From Pseudobacteriovorax sp. (GTDB taxonomy: Bacteria > Bdellovibrionota_B > Oligoflexia > Oligoflexales > Oligoflexaceae): a stretch of 31,482 bases of DNA. The stretch's first letter is position 1. Every line of letters begins with the position of its first letter. The stretch lies in NCBI GenBank assembly GCA_050293845.1, contig JBNKNM010000045.1, positions 1 through 31,482 on the forward strand, read 5' to 3'. Under the pieces are notes generated by a model. The model saw only the letters and a list, made by a program, of their open reading frames with translations, did not search any database and was not told the DNA's origin. A program made the position numbers and the translations under genes. This document shows, in pieces, positions 9,801 through 20,481 of the stretch.

Positions 9801-10751
9801 TCATCTATCCATTTGTTTTTTGAACACAACTATATCCCGAACGATGGACTCGCTCATACGGTGGCTAGCATCCAAATACATTGCCGTAAAACCGTGTTCT
9901 ACAAATAGTGCTATCAAGGTTTCTCGCTTGGGCAGGTAACTATTATAAGATAAAACGATGGCCCCTCCTGCTTTTAAGAGTTGTAACCAGATGGGGATAC
10001 ATGCTTCCAGCGTTGCTAGAGGATTTCTTGTTTTGGTGCTGGTATAATGTTGTACTCCATAAGGTAGATCGCTGATGATAATATCAACCTTCTCTCCTTG
10101 TAGTAACGCTACAGCATGGCTCGCATCACCCGTTATAACCTTGAAACTTGACTCTGGTGATCTCACTTCAATAAAATGGCCTCTTCGAGATTTCGTTTTT
10201 TTGCCAACGAAGCCATTACTGAACTTCAGTTCTTGTTGGCTCAACTTCTGCCATTTTTTGCATATTTGTAAAATATCGTCAGCGGCTTTGGGGTCTTGTT
10301 CAATGCCTCGGGCTTCAATCCGATATCGCATGGCCCATAGTAAGGAGGTTGCGCGGCCGCACATGGGATCAAGTATTTTCACATGCTGACGACCAACAGC
10401 GGCTAGACCCAAATTTAGTAGCATTTGGGTTAAGCGCTCATTGGTCTTCCCTTTAAACTTTGACCCAAATACAAAGCGCTCATCAAGATAGAGTTGGTCC
10501 TTTGTGGTGAGAGGAGTCATAGCTCCGGATGAGTCCTTGACAAAAACTCCTTGAACGAAGGAAAGCCGCACCAGTTTTTCCAGGTCTTCGCTGGCGATGC
10601 TGGTTTCAATAAAGTCCATGTTTCCGTAGTTCAGATACGTACTGTCTGCTTTTCCTAGGGTAAAGCGCAGCTCTTCCATGGCCACCTTTATATATTCGGA
10701 AAAGAAAGCGGCTTTTACTTCGGGAGATACCAGTAACAGAACACTTAGCAT
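9801..10751 (-). CDS. SAM-dependent methyltransferase (Trm11/UPF0020-like, amino-methyltransferase type)
   Basis: Motif I ILDPMCGRAT and motif IV ISDLPYG. Confidence 0.85.
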   Translation of the reverse strand: MLSVLLLVSPEVKAAFFSEYIKVAMEELRFTLGKADSTYLNYGNMDFIETSIASEDLEKLVRLSFVQGVFVKDSSGAMTPLTTKDQLYLDERFVFGSKFKGKTNERLTQMLLNLGLAAVGRQHVKILDPMCGRATSLLWAMRYRIEARGIEQDPKAADDILQICKKWQKLSQQELKFSNGFVGKKTKSRRGHFIEVRSPESSFKVITGDASHAVALLQGEKVDIIISDLPYGVQHYTSTKTRNPLATLEACIPIWLQLLKAGGAIVLSYNSYLPKRETLIALFVEHGFTAMYLDASHRMSESIVRDIVVFKKQMDR

Positions 10752-10797
10752 AGTTTCCTTGAGTTTCTCGAGCAGGGGCTATAAGGTACTATTATTG

Positions 10798-11805
10798 TTA
10801 CCATTGGATGATACCAGCGGCCCAGGTAAAGCCTGCACCAAAGGCCGCTACTAGTATTTTTTGGCCGCGGGAAATCTTTTCTTGGCGTACACATTCGTCT
10901 AAAAGCATAGGAATCGATGCGGCGGAGCAGTTGCCATATTTCATGATATTGTTTTGCACCTTGCTCTCGGGAATGCCTAGTAATGAAGCCACTTTTTCAT
11001 TGATGCGTAGATTAGCCTGATGAAAGAGAAAATGATCGATATCATCTAAAGTTAATTCATTAATTTCCAAGACTTCTTTAACCACTTCAGTTAGTCGGGT
11101 GACAGCGTGTTTAAAAACATAGCGACCCTCCATAATGGGAAAGTGACGCCCGGCCTGAATGTCTTCTGCTTCGAGCCAGCGCTTGCCCTTTGCTGTGCCA
11201 GGTTTTTCGATCCATAGCTTACTAGCAAACTCGCCCTGTGAGTGCAGCGAGAAATTTTTGATCGACGACGAGCTATCATCCGAAGGCTCTAAAATTACCG
11301 CTCCAGCACCATCGCCAAACAGAACAGAGACTTCCCGTCCAGCAGTAGACATATCAAGGATTAGCGAGTGAATTTCGGCTCCGACCACTAGAACCTTGTT
11401 ATATTGGCCAGAGGCGACAAATAGCTTGGCTGTATTAAGGGAATAGAGAAAGCCCGAACACTGGCATCGGATATCCATAGCCGGTGTGGTTGAAAGGCCA
11501 AGTTTTTGTTGTAAAATTGCCGAAGTACCAGGAAATTCATGGTCAGGAGAGAGAGTGGCAACGATAATAAGATCGATATCTGCAGGTGTTAAATGTGCTG
11601 ATTTTAAAGCATTATGAGTGGCTTCAAGGGCCAAATCAGCTGTGGATGTAGCACCTTCCACATGGTGGCGCTTTTCGATACCTGAACGCTGTCTGATCCA
11701 CTCGTCAGAAGTATCCATAACCTTTTCAAGGTCTTGATTCGTAACGACTTTGGGGGGAACATACATTCCCGTACCGGTGATTCTAACTGGTCTAAAGATA
11801 GTCAT
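10798..11805 (-). CDS. fabH: 3-oxoacyl-ACP synthase III
   Basis: DTSDEWIRQRSGI; catalytic Cys (QCSGF), FHQAN, YGNCSAAS; LFGDGAGA; FGAGFTW. Start moved to ATG 11805 (GAGGTG RBS). Confidence 0.95.
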   Translation of the reverse strand: MTIFRPVRITGTGMYVPPKVVTNQDLEKVMDTSDEWIRQRSGIEKRHHVEGATSTADLALEATHNALKSAHLTPADIDLIIVATLSPDHEFPGTSAILQQKLGLSTTPAMDIRCQCSGFLYSLNTAKLFVASGQYNKVLVVGAEIHSLILDMSTAGREVSVLFGDGAGAVILEPSDDSSSSIKNFSLHSQGEFASKLWIEKPGTAKGKRWLEAEDIQAGRHFPIMEGRYVFKHAVTRLTEVVKEVLEINELTLDDIDHFLFHQANLRINEKVASLLGIPESKVQNNIMKYGNCSAASIPMLLDECVRQEKISRGQKILVAAFGAGFTWAAGIIQW

Positions 11806-12065
11806 TATAGACACCTCACTGTATTCTTTAGCTCCGTTTTCTAGCACGGTAATAGATAATTTTGAACTACGATCGCAAATTATTCGTAGTCCATATTCCC
11901 TTTTGTCATGCTTCCGGCGCTTAAGACTATCATTAACTATGAGCTATTTCATGATTTTCTTTTATATTTACTTTCAGTTTGTCCCCAAACTATGCCAATG
12001 AAGTGTACTGATGGAGCAGAGGTTGTTTCACCCGTTTATGTATAAATATGGCGTACAAACCTGCA

Positions 12066-12818
12066 TCAAATATCAACTTCATCAATATTATTGGTATCGA
12101 TAAAGTTGGAGAAGCAAGCCCCAAACCAGCACAACTCGCCTTCTTTATCGGATTCTTCTAGGATTTTCTTCAAGTCCTTATGGTAGCGTTTTTGTAATAC
12201 TTGGATCTTTTCGAGGTCTGCTGTGGAGACATTTTCGGTGAAGAAATATGCGACACCTCCTTTTGAAATATTATCGTCATCGAAGACGGAGAGAAGATAG
12301 GGAATAAAGGATAAAATTTTTCTTGTAGAGGGAAAACTGATGAACTCTTTTTTGGCAAAGTATTTCCCATTTTCAAACTTCACTAAATCCATATCGTGAA
12401 GATCTTTTAAGGCCTTTGTATAGGAGATGCCAAAGAGGCTTGTAAGCATTTCCTTTTGTACGCCTGTAGTAATACTAAGGAGATAAACAATGAAATGTTC
12501 TTTACGATCTAAGAAATCAAATAAAACATCATCGTTATCATTTGAAACAGATTTTTCTGCACCCAGGATCTTAGAAAAGGCATCTAAAATTTTTGGTTGA
12601 TGTACGTTAATGATTTCTTTGGTTTTTGTACTTCCAAAAACCATTAATAGTACAGGTACTAGCCTTTCCACAGGGGGGTTGATTACTAAATTATAGACGT
12701 TTATGAGAGTGGAGTACTTTACACCTGTTCTTTTCGCCAGGGCGTGAATAGAACGTTGTGAAGGTTTCCTACTGATCCATTGGTCTATACCTTCTTTAAT
12801 TTGTAACTGTAATTCCAT
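12066..12818 (-). CDS. HTH-containing protein, TIGR02147/DUF4423-like
   Basis: N-terminal HTH (SIHALAKRTGVKYSTL) and a central wHTH-like segment (ALKDLHDMDLVKFENGKY). AGGAGG RBS. The family call rests on architecture only. Confidence 0.6.
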   Translation of the reverse strand: MELQLQIKEGIDQWISRKPSQRSIHALAKRTGVKYSTLINVYNLVINPPVERLVPVLLMVFGSTKTKEIINVHQPKILDAFSKILGAEKSVSNDNDDVLFDFLDRKEHFIVYLLSITTGVQKEMLTSLFGISYTKALKDLHDMDLVKFENGKYFAKKEFISFPSTRKILSFIPYLLSVFDDDNISKGGVAYFFTENVSTADLEKIQVLQKRYHKDLKKILEESDKEGELCWFGACFSNFIDTNNIDEVDI

Positions 12819-13238
12819 GTATAAAACCTCCTAGGAAGCAGATATTGCATGATGAACTTGTTGAGAATGTCCTTTGGCTTAAACAAAATATGCTAACAAC
12901 AAACGGTGTTCCCATAGGTGTTAATATCAATGGGATACTTATGGGTTGTTAGCCAGCTAAAGCTTGTTGATTCCATTGATATCAGGATATCTGTTTGTCC
13001 ATTACTGGAGGACGATTTGGTCCTTTACCGAATATCGTAAGGATCCCAAAGACTTACTCATCATTATCCTATTTATTATTTTCGCTTGAATTAGAAGGCT
13101 AATATAACACGGATGAATTCGCAAGAAAGTATTGCAAAGAAAGAATGCTGAAAGCGACCTTTGCAATTGAGGAGGTTAAACTAGTCGTTGTATCAAGGAA
13201 GGAGAAACTTCCCCTTCCCGTGGATAGATGAAACTTAA

Positions 13239-15233
13239 TTACTGATTTTGATCCCAAAAAGAGATAGCAGCTTCTTCAACATCAACACCACCTTCCCGGA
13301 TAAAACCTTTGCCACTTAGAATTTCTAAATGCTCATAAATTTTGTTGGGGAAAAGCTCAAGGTAAAATGTCTTATCTTGAAAGTAGCTGGCTTCAAAGTC
13401 GTTGAATGGACCATATTTCTCACCATCTTCGCCTTCTTGCTGGGCAGTGACCTCGCCTTCTTTGCCAACACGATCCGTCTTTTTGAAGCCCATATTTTCA
13501 GGGTCAACAAATTTGAACTCGAACTCAACTAGTCCTGTTTGCTCGTTTACACGGAATAGACTAGCAACTGAGGTGTTTTCAGCATTGACACCGTCGTCTG
13601 GATGGGCACCGCAGTTATTTGGCTCAGGACTTGTGCCGGTGTTGAGATTAAAGCAACCAATCACCGTGTGCTTATCTTCGAAAGTTTTGATGCTGAAATA
13701 GGCTCTTAGCATATTTTCATGATTAGTGATCTTGAAACGTCCTTCAAGCATAGCATGAGCTAAATTTGATCGATGGCCAACTTCGAAGCCTTTGAAGCTG
13801 GTTGCCGTAATCTGATCATTGAGGCGACTATACTCTCTTTCGACAGCTTCGATCTGACTCTGCAAGAATCTGATGGATTTTTCCTTTTTTTCGTATATCT
13901 TCTGATCTCTCTCACTGAGTGGTGGGTAGAAAAAGCCTGCAATAGCAAAGTAACCTTCAATACTTTTACGGTCCTCGACAGAGACAGTGTTACTATCAAT
14001 TTCTGGAGACTCCAGAGCCGGGCCACTGGCTACTTGATGGTAGAGACGGTCACTTTCACTATTTCTGTGGCTGTAGTTGAAGCGTCGACCAATTAAATGC
14101 AAAACCTGCTCAGTAGTAAAAGTGCTGTTAGGTCGCGGACTAAACACACCATTATTCTCAAAACTGGTTATAATCGCTCCAGGGGCTTTTTTTAATGGTA
14201 AGCTACTTTCGATGTCGCCACTATAAGAACGATTAAAGGCGCTACACAATGCGCGAACGCTACTGTCCACTATCCTAGTACAGGAGCGATCAGAACTTTG
14301 AGACAGAATGATAGTAGAAAAAAAGTTCTTTTTATCCCTGCCCTCTCCTAGAATGATGTTTTTAATGAGTTCTCCTCTAGGACCAGGAGGAAATATAAGA
14401 ATGCTAGTATCTACAGCTAATACTCCGCGGAAGGCTTCAACCTTGCTGGGATCGAGGAGGTCAAGAATATCAGTGCGCTGATCTTCAGGTAACTCTGCAA
14501 ATACTTTGCCTTTTACCATGCCTTCATGCCAAAGACAGGAAAAATAATTCTTCCCTGTATCTGGGGCATCTGCACAGCTTTCCACATCGGTACTAAAGTA
14601 GTTTTGTGCAGCGTAATACGGCTCACAAAATGCCATAGGAGTGGGACGCTTGTAGTAGTTAGTTTGCGCAAAGTTTGAGTTTGTAGCTAGCTCCCAGATC
14701 TTAGCCTCACAATACTGCTCAAATAATGCATTTGCAGCTTGCTTCTGAGGGCTGTCTTCTGTGCCATGGAGGAGGTCAAGTTCTGTAGACCACCACGTGT
14801 TGGCGGTATTGGCGAGAGTTTCCTCGTCGGGTGGGTTCTTGAGCTTGAGCTCCCGTGTGAACTGAACCAGCTCGGTTTGCAAATCTTTGATAGCCAATGG
14901 GTAGACACCATCGGAGCCAAATAGTCGCTCATAGTTGACATCTTCAGTATACTGTTTAATCTTTCCCCAGGCTACACGCGAGTCGATGGAGGCCTGCAGT
15001 AAATCAGCAATATCCTGAGGCTTTGCTTTCTGGTTTAGCAAAACAATCGTGCCTGCATAGCCTACGGTGTTTTTACTAGGGTTAAGATTGTAGACGCCTT
15101 CACTATCGATGGGATATTCAGGGATGTCGATAGTATCTACAATTTGTTTTTTGGCCTCAGCCTTTTCCTGGTTGCAGGATATCTGAAAACTGCAAAATAT
15201 CCCGATAGCTAGTGCGATGTTATATTTTTTCAT
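13239..15233 (-). CDS. Large hypothetical lipoprotein with multiple Cys and a coiled coil
   Basis: 664-aa ORF with a signal peptide ending QISC. Confidence 0.85.
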   Translation of the reverse strand: MKKYNIALAIGIFCSFQISCNQEKAEAKKQIVDTIDIPEYPIDSEGVYNLNPSKNTVGYAGTIVLLNQKAKPQDIADLLQASIDSRVAWGKIKQYTEDVNYERLFGSDGVYPLAIKDLQTELVQFTRELKLKNPPDEETLANTANTWWSTELDLLHGTEDSPQKQAANALFEQYCEAKIWELATNSNFAQTNYYKRPTPMAFCEPYYAAQNYFSTDVESCADAPDTGKNYFSCLWHEGMVKGKVFAELPEDQRTDILDLLDPSKVEAFRGVLAVDTSILIFPPGPRGELIKNIILGEGRDKKNFFSTIILSQSSDRSCTRIVDSSVRALCSAFNRSYSGDIESSLPLKKAPGAIITSFENNGVFSPRPNSTFTTEQVLHLIGRRFNYSHRNSESDRLYHQVASGPALESPEIDSNTVSVEDRKSIEGYFAIAGFFYPPLSERDQKIYEKKEKSIRFLQSQIEAVEREYSRLNDQITATSFKGFEVGHRSNLAHAMLEGRFKITNHENMLRAYFSIKTFEDKHTVIGCFNLNTGTSPEPNNCGAHPDDGVNAENTSVASLFRVNEQTGLVEFEFKFVDPENMGFKKTDRVGKEGEVTAQQEGEDGEKYGPFNDFEASYFQDKTFYLELFPNKIYEHLEILSGKGFIREGGVDVEEAAISFWDQNQ

Positions 15234-15247
15234 ATTCTGTTCCCCAC

Positions 15248-16474
15248 CTAAAAGAATAAACGCAGATCAATTTGTGTAAAATCTGTCCGCGGGACGTTCC
15301 GGCTTTGATACTGCTTTCTGTACTCAATAGTAGCTATGAGAGGTAAGGGGAAATCCTTTCTTTTATACATGTCGACCGTGGATACCCCTATTCTTGCCTG
15401 CCAGTATAAGGCATCATGATCAGTGTCTCTTTGCCACTCGTCCTTAGATACGAGGTCTGCTGTTTTGTAAACATCGGCAAATTTCCGGTAATAGACCAGA
15501 CCAAGTCCCGTATTGATACCGGTGTCTGTTTGCTGATACTGGATCGAAGTACCAGCGTCTATTTTATCACCCAGCTTAAAGCTGAGGTTCTCGCTGCCTA
15601 CCTCGATGGTTTCTTCTCTGGTTTTTAAGCGGGCGTTCTTTTGTCCAGGAGCTTGGTAGGTATACTTAAGGTGTTGATTAACTGTAACTTCGGGAGTGAT
15701 GACTTGATCTGTTAGAATCTGAGCAAAGAAATCCCACTGTCCATCGCCAAAGGGTAAGTCAGTAAGAATAGCAGGGTTATCTTTTCTACCGGTGGGAACA
15801 ACCAAGCCTTCTGAAACGGCAGCCTTGAGTATATCCCCATCATAAACAAGATGTTTTGCCAGGATAGTCATGTCGCCTATAGCTGTTTCGTTCCAGGGGC
15901 TGAAGGCCTCATAATCATTGTCGGTTAGCTTTGTATTGAGGCGATTTATAGCATCGGAAAGCTTCTCAGCAGCTTCCACAGCAGATTTATTTTGATTCAT
16001 GACCGGGTCCCTGAGGGCAGCAATAAACTTTTCAGCACCCTCATTGGTACGAAAGCCCACAGAAATGTCGGTACTTGCCGAATAGACTGGTAAGGCAAGG
16101 GCTACAGTCGTGTTTTTTGTCAATCCATAGGCAAAAATAGGAGCTGTTACATTGATACTAGCGTTTAAGTCGGCATAAAAGTCGCCAACTGAGTCCTGTG
16201 TAGACCAACCTTGTTGTATAAGTAGAGCTTCCAGCTGTTTTCTTTTCAGGCCGACCTCACTGGTTAAAATATTGCGAAAGCGCAAAGGCTTCCACAGTGG
16301 TTCGGCTAATGGTTCGATGTCGCCATTGCGGTTTGTTTTTGTCCGGGTATCGGTGGATACATTGCGGATGGTTAAATTGCGGACTCCTTTAGGAAGAACC
16401 TGTGTCGTTTCAAAGGCCACAGCTTCCCATGAAGCTAGAAGTCCGGCTATAATGATAAGCTTGCTTAGATACAT
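15248..16474 (-). CDS. Putative outer-membrane beta-barrel protein (MetA-pathway/transporter-like)
   Basis: Signal peptide, IGD...PTG...FGDGQWD motif, alternating beta strands, C-terminal ...QIDLRLFF. Confidence 0.7.
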   Translation of the reverse strand: MYLSKLIIIAGLLASWEAVAFETTQVLPKGVRNLTIRNVSTDTRTKTNRNGDIEPLAEPLWKPLRFRNILTSEVGLKRKQLEALLIQQGWSTQDSVGDFYADLNASINVTAPIFAYGLTKNTTVALALPVYSASTDISVGFRTNEGAEKFIAALRDPVMNQNKSAVEAAEKLSDAINRLNTKLTDNDYEAFSPWNETAIGDMTILAKHLVYDGDILKAAVSEGLVVPTGRKDNPAILTDLPFGDGQWDFFAQILTDQVITPEVTVNQHLKYTYQAPGQKNARLKTREETIEVGSENLSFKLGDKIDAGTSIQYQQTDTGINTGLGLVYYRKFADVYKTADLVSKDEWQRDTDHDALYWQARIGVSTVDMYKRKDFPLPLIATIEYRKQYQSRNVPRTDFTQIDLRLFF

Positions 16475-16567
16475 CCCTAGCCTTTCCCTGGTAAGAGCTG
16501 CTACTTCATAACAAAGCAGCAGCTCAATATAATTGTTAGATTTTTCTTAAACGAACGTGGCGATGAA

Positions 16568-17389
16568 TTATAGGCCAGCGAGAATAGTGTTTAGTTCTTC
16601 GATACAGTGAACTGTTTCAGCTGTTATTTCGCTTGGAATAAGACCGAAGTCTAACAAGAAGGCAAAGTCATCAACAGCAAATTCCGCTACTTCAACAGCT
16701 TCATCAACTCTTTCAAGCTCAAGGAGTACGTTTACTTTGCGACGTTGGTTTTCGCAAGAAACAGAACCATCATAACTATCTCCGAAGGCTGGGCTATCGA
16801 TAGCTTCGTTGATGAGTTGTAGGGCTAGCTCAGGATCATAGAACCCACCTGGTAGAGGCTTGGCTTTAGGGTTACTTTGTATAGCGGCCTTCACGCGCTT
16901 AATGCCGCCACCTTCGTAGGTGTCACCACCAGGAACTGCCAGACCGTCTTCGATAGTATCTCTTAAGGGGCCGACGAGAAGAAGATTTTCAAGGGTACCC
17001 GATACTTGAGCATAGAGTGCAGTACAAGCAGCTTTGAAATAGTAGTATTCCGGTGTTTCAGCGCCTAGTTTATTGGGAGCGATACGCTCAATATTATCAC
17101 GACAACCTTTGAAAATAGTGCGACGCTTTGTTCTATCGCTGCCTTCCAAGGTGTCTACAAGTGATTCACCTTGATAGATATAAGCTCTTGAAGCGCCAAC
17201 GACAGCCCTTACAAGCTCTTCACCTTCTACTCCTGAGTCAGCAACTGCAAGATAAGCATCACGTGCTGCCACTGTAGTTTCTTCATTACCCTGGCGCTGT
17301 GCAAAAAGAGCATCCGCCTCATCAATTGTTGCTGCATTTGCGTGCAGACTCATAGCAAGTAGTAAACCGCCTGTAATTGAACCTTTCAT
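16568..17389 (-). CDS. Secreted TPR-like protein resembling TatT (TRAP-T)/lipid-binding TPR proteins
   Basis: GGAGG RBS before ATG 17389; signal peptide ending ANA; helical repeats SRAYIYQGE, YYFKAA, TYEGGGIKR, LPGG..D.E.A. Confidence 0.6.
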   Translation of the reverse strand: MKGSITGGLLLAMSLHANAATIDEADALFAQRQGNEETTVAARDAYLAVADSGVEGEELVRAVVGASRAYIYQGESLVDTLEGSDRTKRRTIFKGCRDNIERIAPNKLGAETPEYYYFKAACTALYAQVSGTLENLLLVGPLRDTIEDGLAVPGGDTYEGGGIKRVKAAIQSNPKAKPLPGGFYDPELALQLINEAIDSPAFGDSYDGSVSCENQRRKVNVLLELERVDEAVEVAEFAVDDFAFLLDFGLIPSEITAETVHCIEELNTILAGL

Positions 17390-17801
17390 GGGTACCTCCC
17401 GAAAATTGTGATAAACCAATTATTGCAATCGCCAAGCTACCTAGTGCCACAAAGCTTGTCAATACACACTCGAAAGATGAAAAAATAATAAATCGCTTAT
17501 TTTCGATGTGATAGTTGAGAGGTTTTATTAAAAAATAATATTTTTATATAGAAGTCTATTTTTTTAATAAAAAAAATTCTCTTTTAATAAAAAAGTTCTT
17601 CTTTGAGAGGCTATAAATTTAAGAAGATTTTAGAAGATGATACATGCAATCACTTATTCACAGCTACTAAACAGTTGTTTAGTGTTCTAGTCATGGCTAA
17701 ACTTGACAGATGATGAATGCTAGCCATTGCTATAATGCAGATGGCAGGGTAAAGCTCCGTTTATACCGGAGCCTGCTAAGGCATGGGGATGCCGTTTATT
17801 T

Positions 17802-19625
17802 TCAGAAATACTTTAATTTTTCTTTAACCTGTTTAATGGAGTCTTCCCAGAAACCTTCCTTGGTAAGGTCAACATTAAGATGTCTTGACGCGATATCCTC
17901 TGCAGTAAATTTTCCTGTATCCCTTAGTAAGGCTTGATAGGCGGGTAAAAAAGATGAGCCGAGTCGATCTTTTTGCGAGTATACGCCTATGGCAAATAGG
18001 TAGCCAAATGAATAAGGGTAATTGTAAAACCTAGTGCCAGCGATGTGAAAATGAAGCTTGGACGCCCAAAATAAATCTTCATAGTCACTAAGTGTGTTGC
18101 CATACCATTGCTGCCACGAAGCTCTCATCAGTTCATCTAATCTAGTAGGTAGCAGAGGGCCATTCTTTCGCTCTTCATAGACTTTCTTCTCAAAGGAGAA
18201 GCGTACTGGGATATTGAGTAAAAATCCTTCGACATCGCGAGCAATGTTCCAGAGGATCATCTGCTTTTGTTCGGCTTTTGGGGACACATCTAGCATATGA
18301 TCCATGACCAATGTCTGGCAAAAAATACTTGCTGTCTCCGCCAGGGTCATGGGGTAACTAGTAGATCTGAGGGGAATGTCCTTCATGACCCAGTTGTGAT
18401 AGGCGTGGCCAAGCTCATGGGCTAAGGTGACAACATCCTTCATGCTGCCATTATATGTCATGTATACCCGTGGTGTCCGCGATTTAGCAAACTGTGTACA
18501 GTATGCTCCTGGTCTTTTTTTAGGCCCATTGCTGCCCTCAATCCATCGATTGTCTACCATCAACTGAACGAAATCTGCCATGGAACTATCGACTGAGGCT
18601 AGGGCATCCTTGATGAGAGAAATGGCTTGAGGAAATGAAAACGTGGATTCATCAGTTGTGGGGCAGGGTACAAATCGATCCCATGGTTCAAATTGCTTAA
18701 CGCCCATGATTGCAGCCTGTCTACGAAACATACTCTGGGCAAAGCTTTTATGATTTTCAATCACCTGCATCATAGAATTGAGGGTTTGGGATTCGATACG
18801 ATTGCTATGTAACGTTTCATCGAGGAAATGCTGAGGTTGAGTATGGGATCTCTTTTCATCCACAGCAAGGCGCCAGCCCGCTAGAGAATTGATGATGGTA
18901 GAGAAGGTTACTCTATGGCGACCCCACTCCTGATTCATAGCTTCATAGGCAGCCTTCCTAGTGTCACGGTGGGGTGACTCCAAAAGAGAAACAGCCTGAG
19001 CCATTCCCATGTCTTTGGATTCCCCATTAGGCGTTTTAATATGACAGCTAATGGTAGAGGATAAATCGGTATATAAGTTTCCGAATGCGTCGGGACCATT
19101 GGCTTCCAGCTCGTTGAGCATATCTTCCTCTTTCAGGCTCAGTAAGGTCGCTTTGCGCATTCTTTCTCGTTCAATGGCAAATTTCTCCTCATGACCTATA
19201 GGATCAGAATAATATTTATCAATGGACATTTGGTCGAGATAAGTGAGCCAAATCCTATGGGTCTGACTACAGGAAGAAAAGTTGGTTATGATCGATTGAA
19301 GTTGACCTTTAAACTTTTTAGCTTCGTTGTGGTCAGCTTCAACGGAAAGGATGCAAGAGCAGTAAACCGATAGGTTGTAAATGAGGGTCATAGCTTCTGT
19401 TAGTTGCTGGGATATATGTAGAGCTTGGGCGATCTGTTCAGCGCTGGCTTGAATTTCTTCAGTACTAGCAGGGGGGATGGTTTTGGCCAGAGCTTCGAGG
19501 GGAAGCTTCAGGGATTGGAGAATGTCTTTAATAGCTGTGAGGTCTTGGGCCAGCACATCATCGTGTAGGCTTTTGTATTCATTAGTGTTGTCCCAATTCG
19601 GACCATTAAGTTCCTGATTTAACAT
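17802..19625 (-). CDS. pepF: M3B oligoendopeptidase F
   Basis: KRPGAYCT, LAHELGHAYH (HEXXH), LAETAS, FYNYPY.FG. Confidence 0.93.
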   Translation of the reverse strand: MLNQELNGPNWDNTNEYKSLHDDVLAQDLTAIKDILQSLKLPLEALAKTIPPASTEEIQASAEQIAQALHISQQLTEAMTLIYNLSVYCSCILSVEADHNEAKKFKGQLQSIITNFSSCSQTHRIWLTYLDQMSIDKYYSDPIGHEEKFAIERERMRKATLLSLKEEDMLNELEANGPDAFGNLYTDLSSTISCHIKTPNGESKDMGMAQAVSLLESPHRDTRKAAYEAMNQEWGRHRVTFSTIINSLAGWRLAVDEKRSHTQPQHFLDETLHSNRIESQTLNSMMQVIENHKSFAQSMFRRQAAIMGVKQFEPWDRFVPCPTTDESTFSFPQAISLIKDALASVDSSMADFVQLMVDNRWIEGSNGPKKRPGAYCTQFAKSRTPRVYMTYNGSMKDVVTLAHELGHAYHNWVMKDIPLRSTSYPMTLAETASIFCQTLVMDHMLDVSPKAEQKQMILWNIARDVEGFLLNIPVRFSFEKKVYEERKNGPLLPTRLDELMRASWQQWYGNTLSDYEDLFWASKLHFHIAGTRFYNYPYSFGYLFAIGVYSQKDRLGSSFLPAYQALLRDTGKFTAEDIASRHLNVDLTKEGFWEDSIKQVKEKLKYF

Positions 19626-19793
19626 ATTTTATTTTCTCCTTTTGCAGTACCAGACGATGACAGCACCTATCCGGCTCAAATCAATAATCACCTGGAATTT
19701 ATAACTAAAATAATAATCATTGCGAGACTTAAAAAAATCTCATATATGCTAATATAGCCTGGTCGTAGGCTCATGATTATACCCGGAGGTACT

Positions 19794-20468
19794 ATGAGAG
19801 TATTAGTTGTAGAAGATGATCCCGCACTTTCCAATCTTTTAGTGAGGGCCCTTCGTGAAGAGTCCTATGCTGTTGACCTTGCGCAGGATGGTCAAGAAGC
19901 AGAGTGGCTAGCCTTCGAAAACCCTTACGATATCATTGTGCTCGACCTTATGCTACCTATTAAGGATGGCGTTACAGTATTAAAAAATCTACGTGAGGGT
20001 GGCATTGAAACACCTGTTCTTATCTTAACGGCTAAGGATTCCACAGGCGATGTCATTAGTGGTTTAGATCAGGGTGGTGACGATTATCTTACCAAGCCTT
20101 TTGCACTGGACGAGCTGTTAGCAAGAATTCGTGCACTGCTCCGACGGCAAAGTGCGGTAAGCTCAACCATCCTTGAAATCGGTCCCATTAAAATTGATCC
20201 CGCAAAGAAGCAGGTGACAAGGGATGATAAATCTATTGATCTGACGGCTAAAGAATATGCTTTGATGGAGTATTTTGGCCGTAATGCTGGGGTAGTACTA
20301 AGTCGAACTCAGCTTTCGGAACATGTTTGGGATATGAACTTCGAGCCTACCTCCAATGTTGTGGATGTATATGTTGGTTACTTAAGGAATAAGGTTGATA
20401 AAGCGTGGGGGAGTAACTACATCAAGACCATGCGTGGCCATGGCTATATGTTTGATGTAGACAGTTAA
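19794..20468 (+). CDS. OmpR-family response regulator (CusR/CzcR-like)
   Basis: GGAGG RBS; MRVLVVEDD, phosphoacceptor LDLMLP, LTA, YLTKPF, wHTH NVVDVYVGYLRNK. Confidence 0.95.
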   Translation: MRVLVVEDDPALSNLLVRALREESYAVDLAQDGQEAEWLAFENPYDIIVLDLMLPIKDGVTVLKNLREGGIETPVLILTAKDSTGDVISGLDQGGDDYLTKPFALDELLARIRALLRRQSAVSSTILEIGPIKIDPAKKQVTRDDKSIDLTAKEYALMEYFGRNAGVVLSRTQLSEHVWDMNFEPTSNVVDVYVGYLRNKVDKAWGSNYIKTMRGHGYMFDVDS

Positions 20469-20481
20469 GCGAGTCTGACAA

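Noticed and set aside
17440..17460. Sigma54 promoter (TGGCAC) upstream of the TPR gene
   Set aside because: GG-to-GC spacing is 9, not the required 10.
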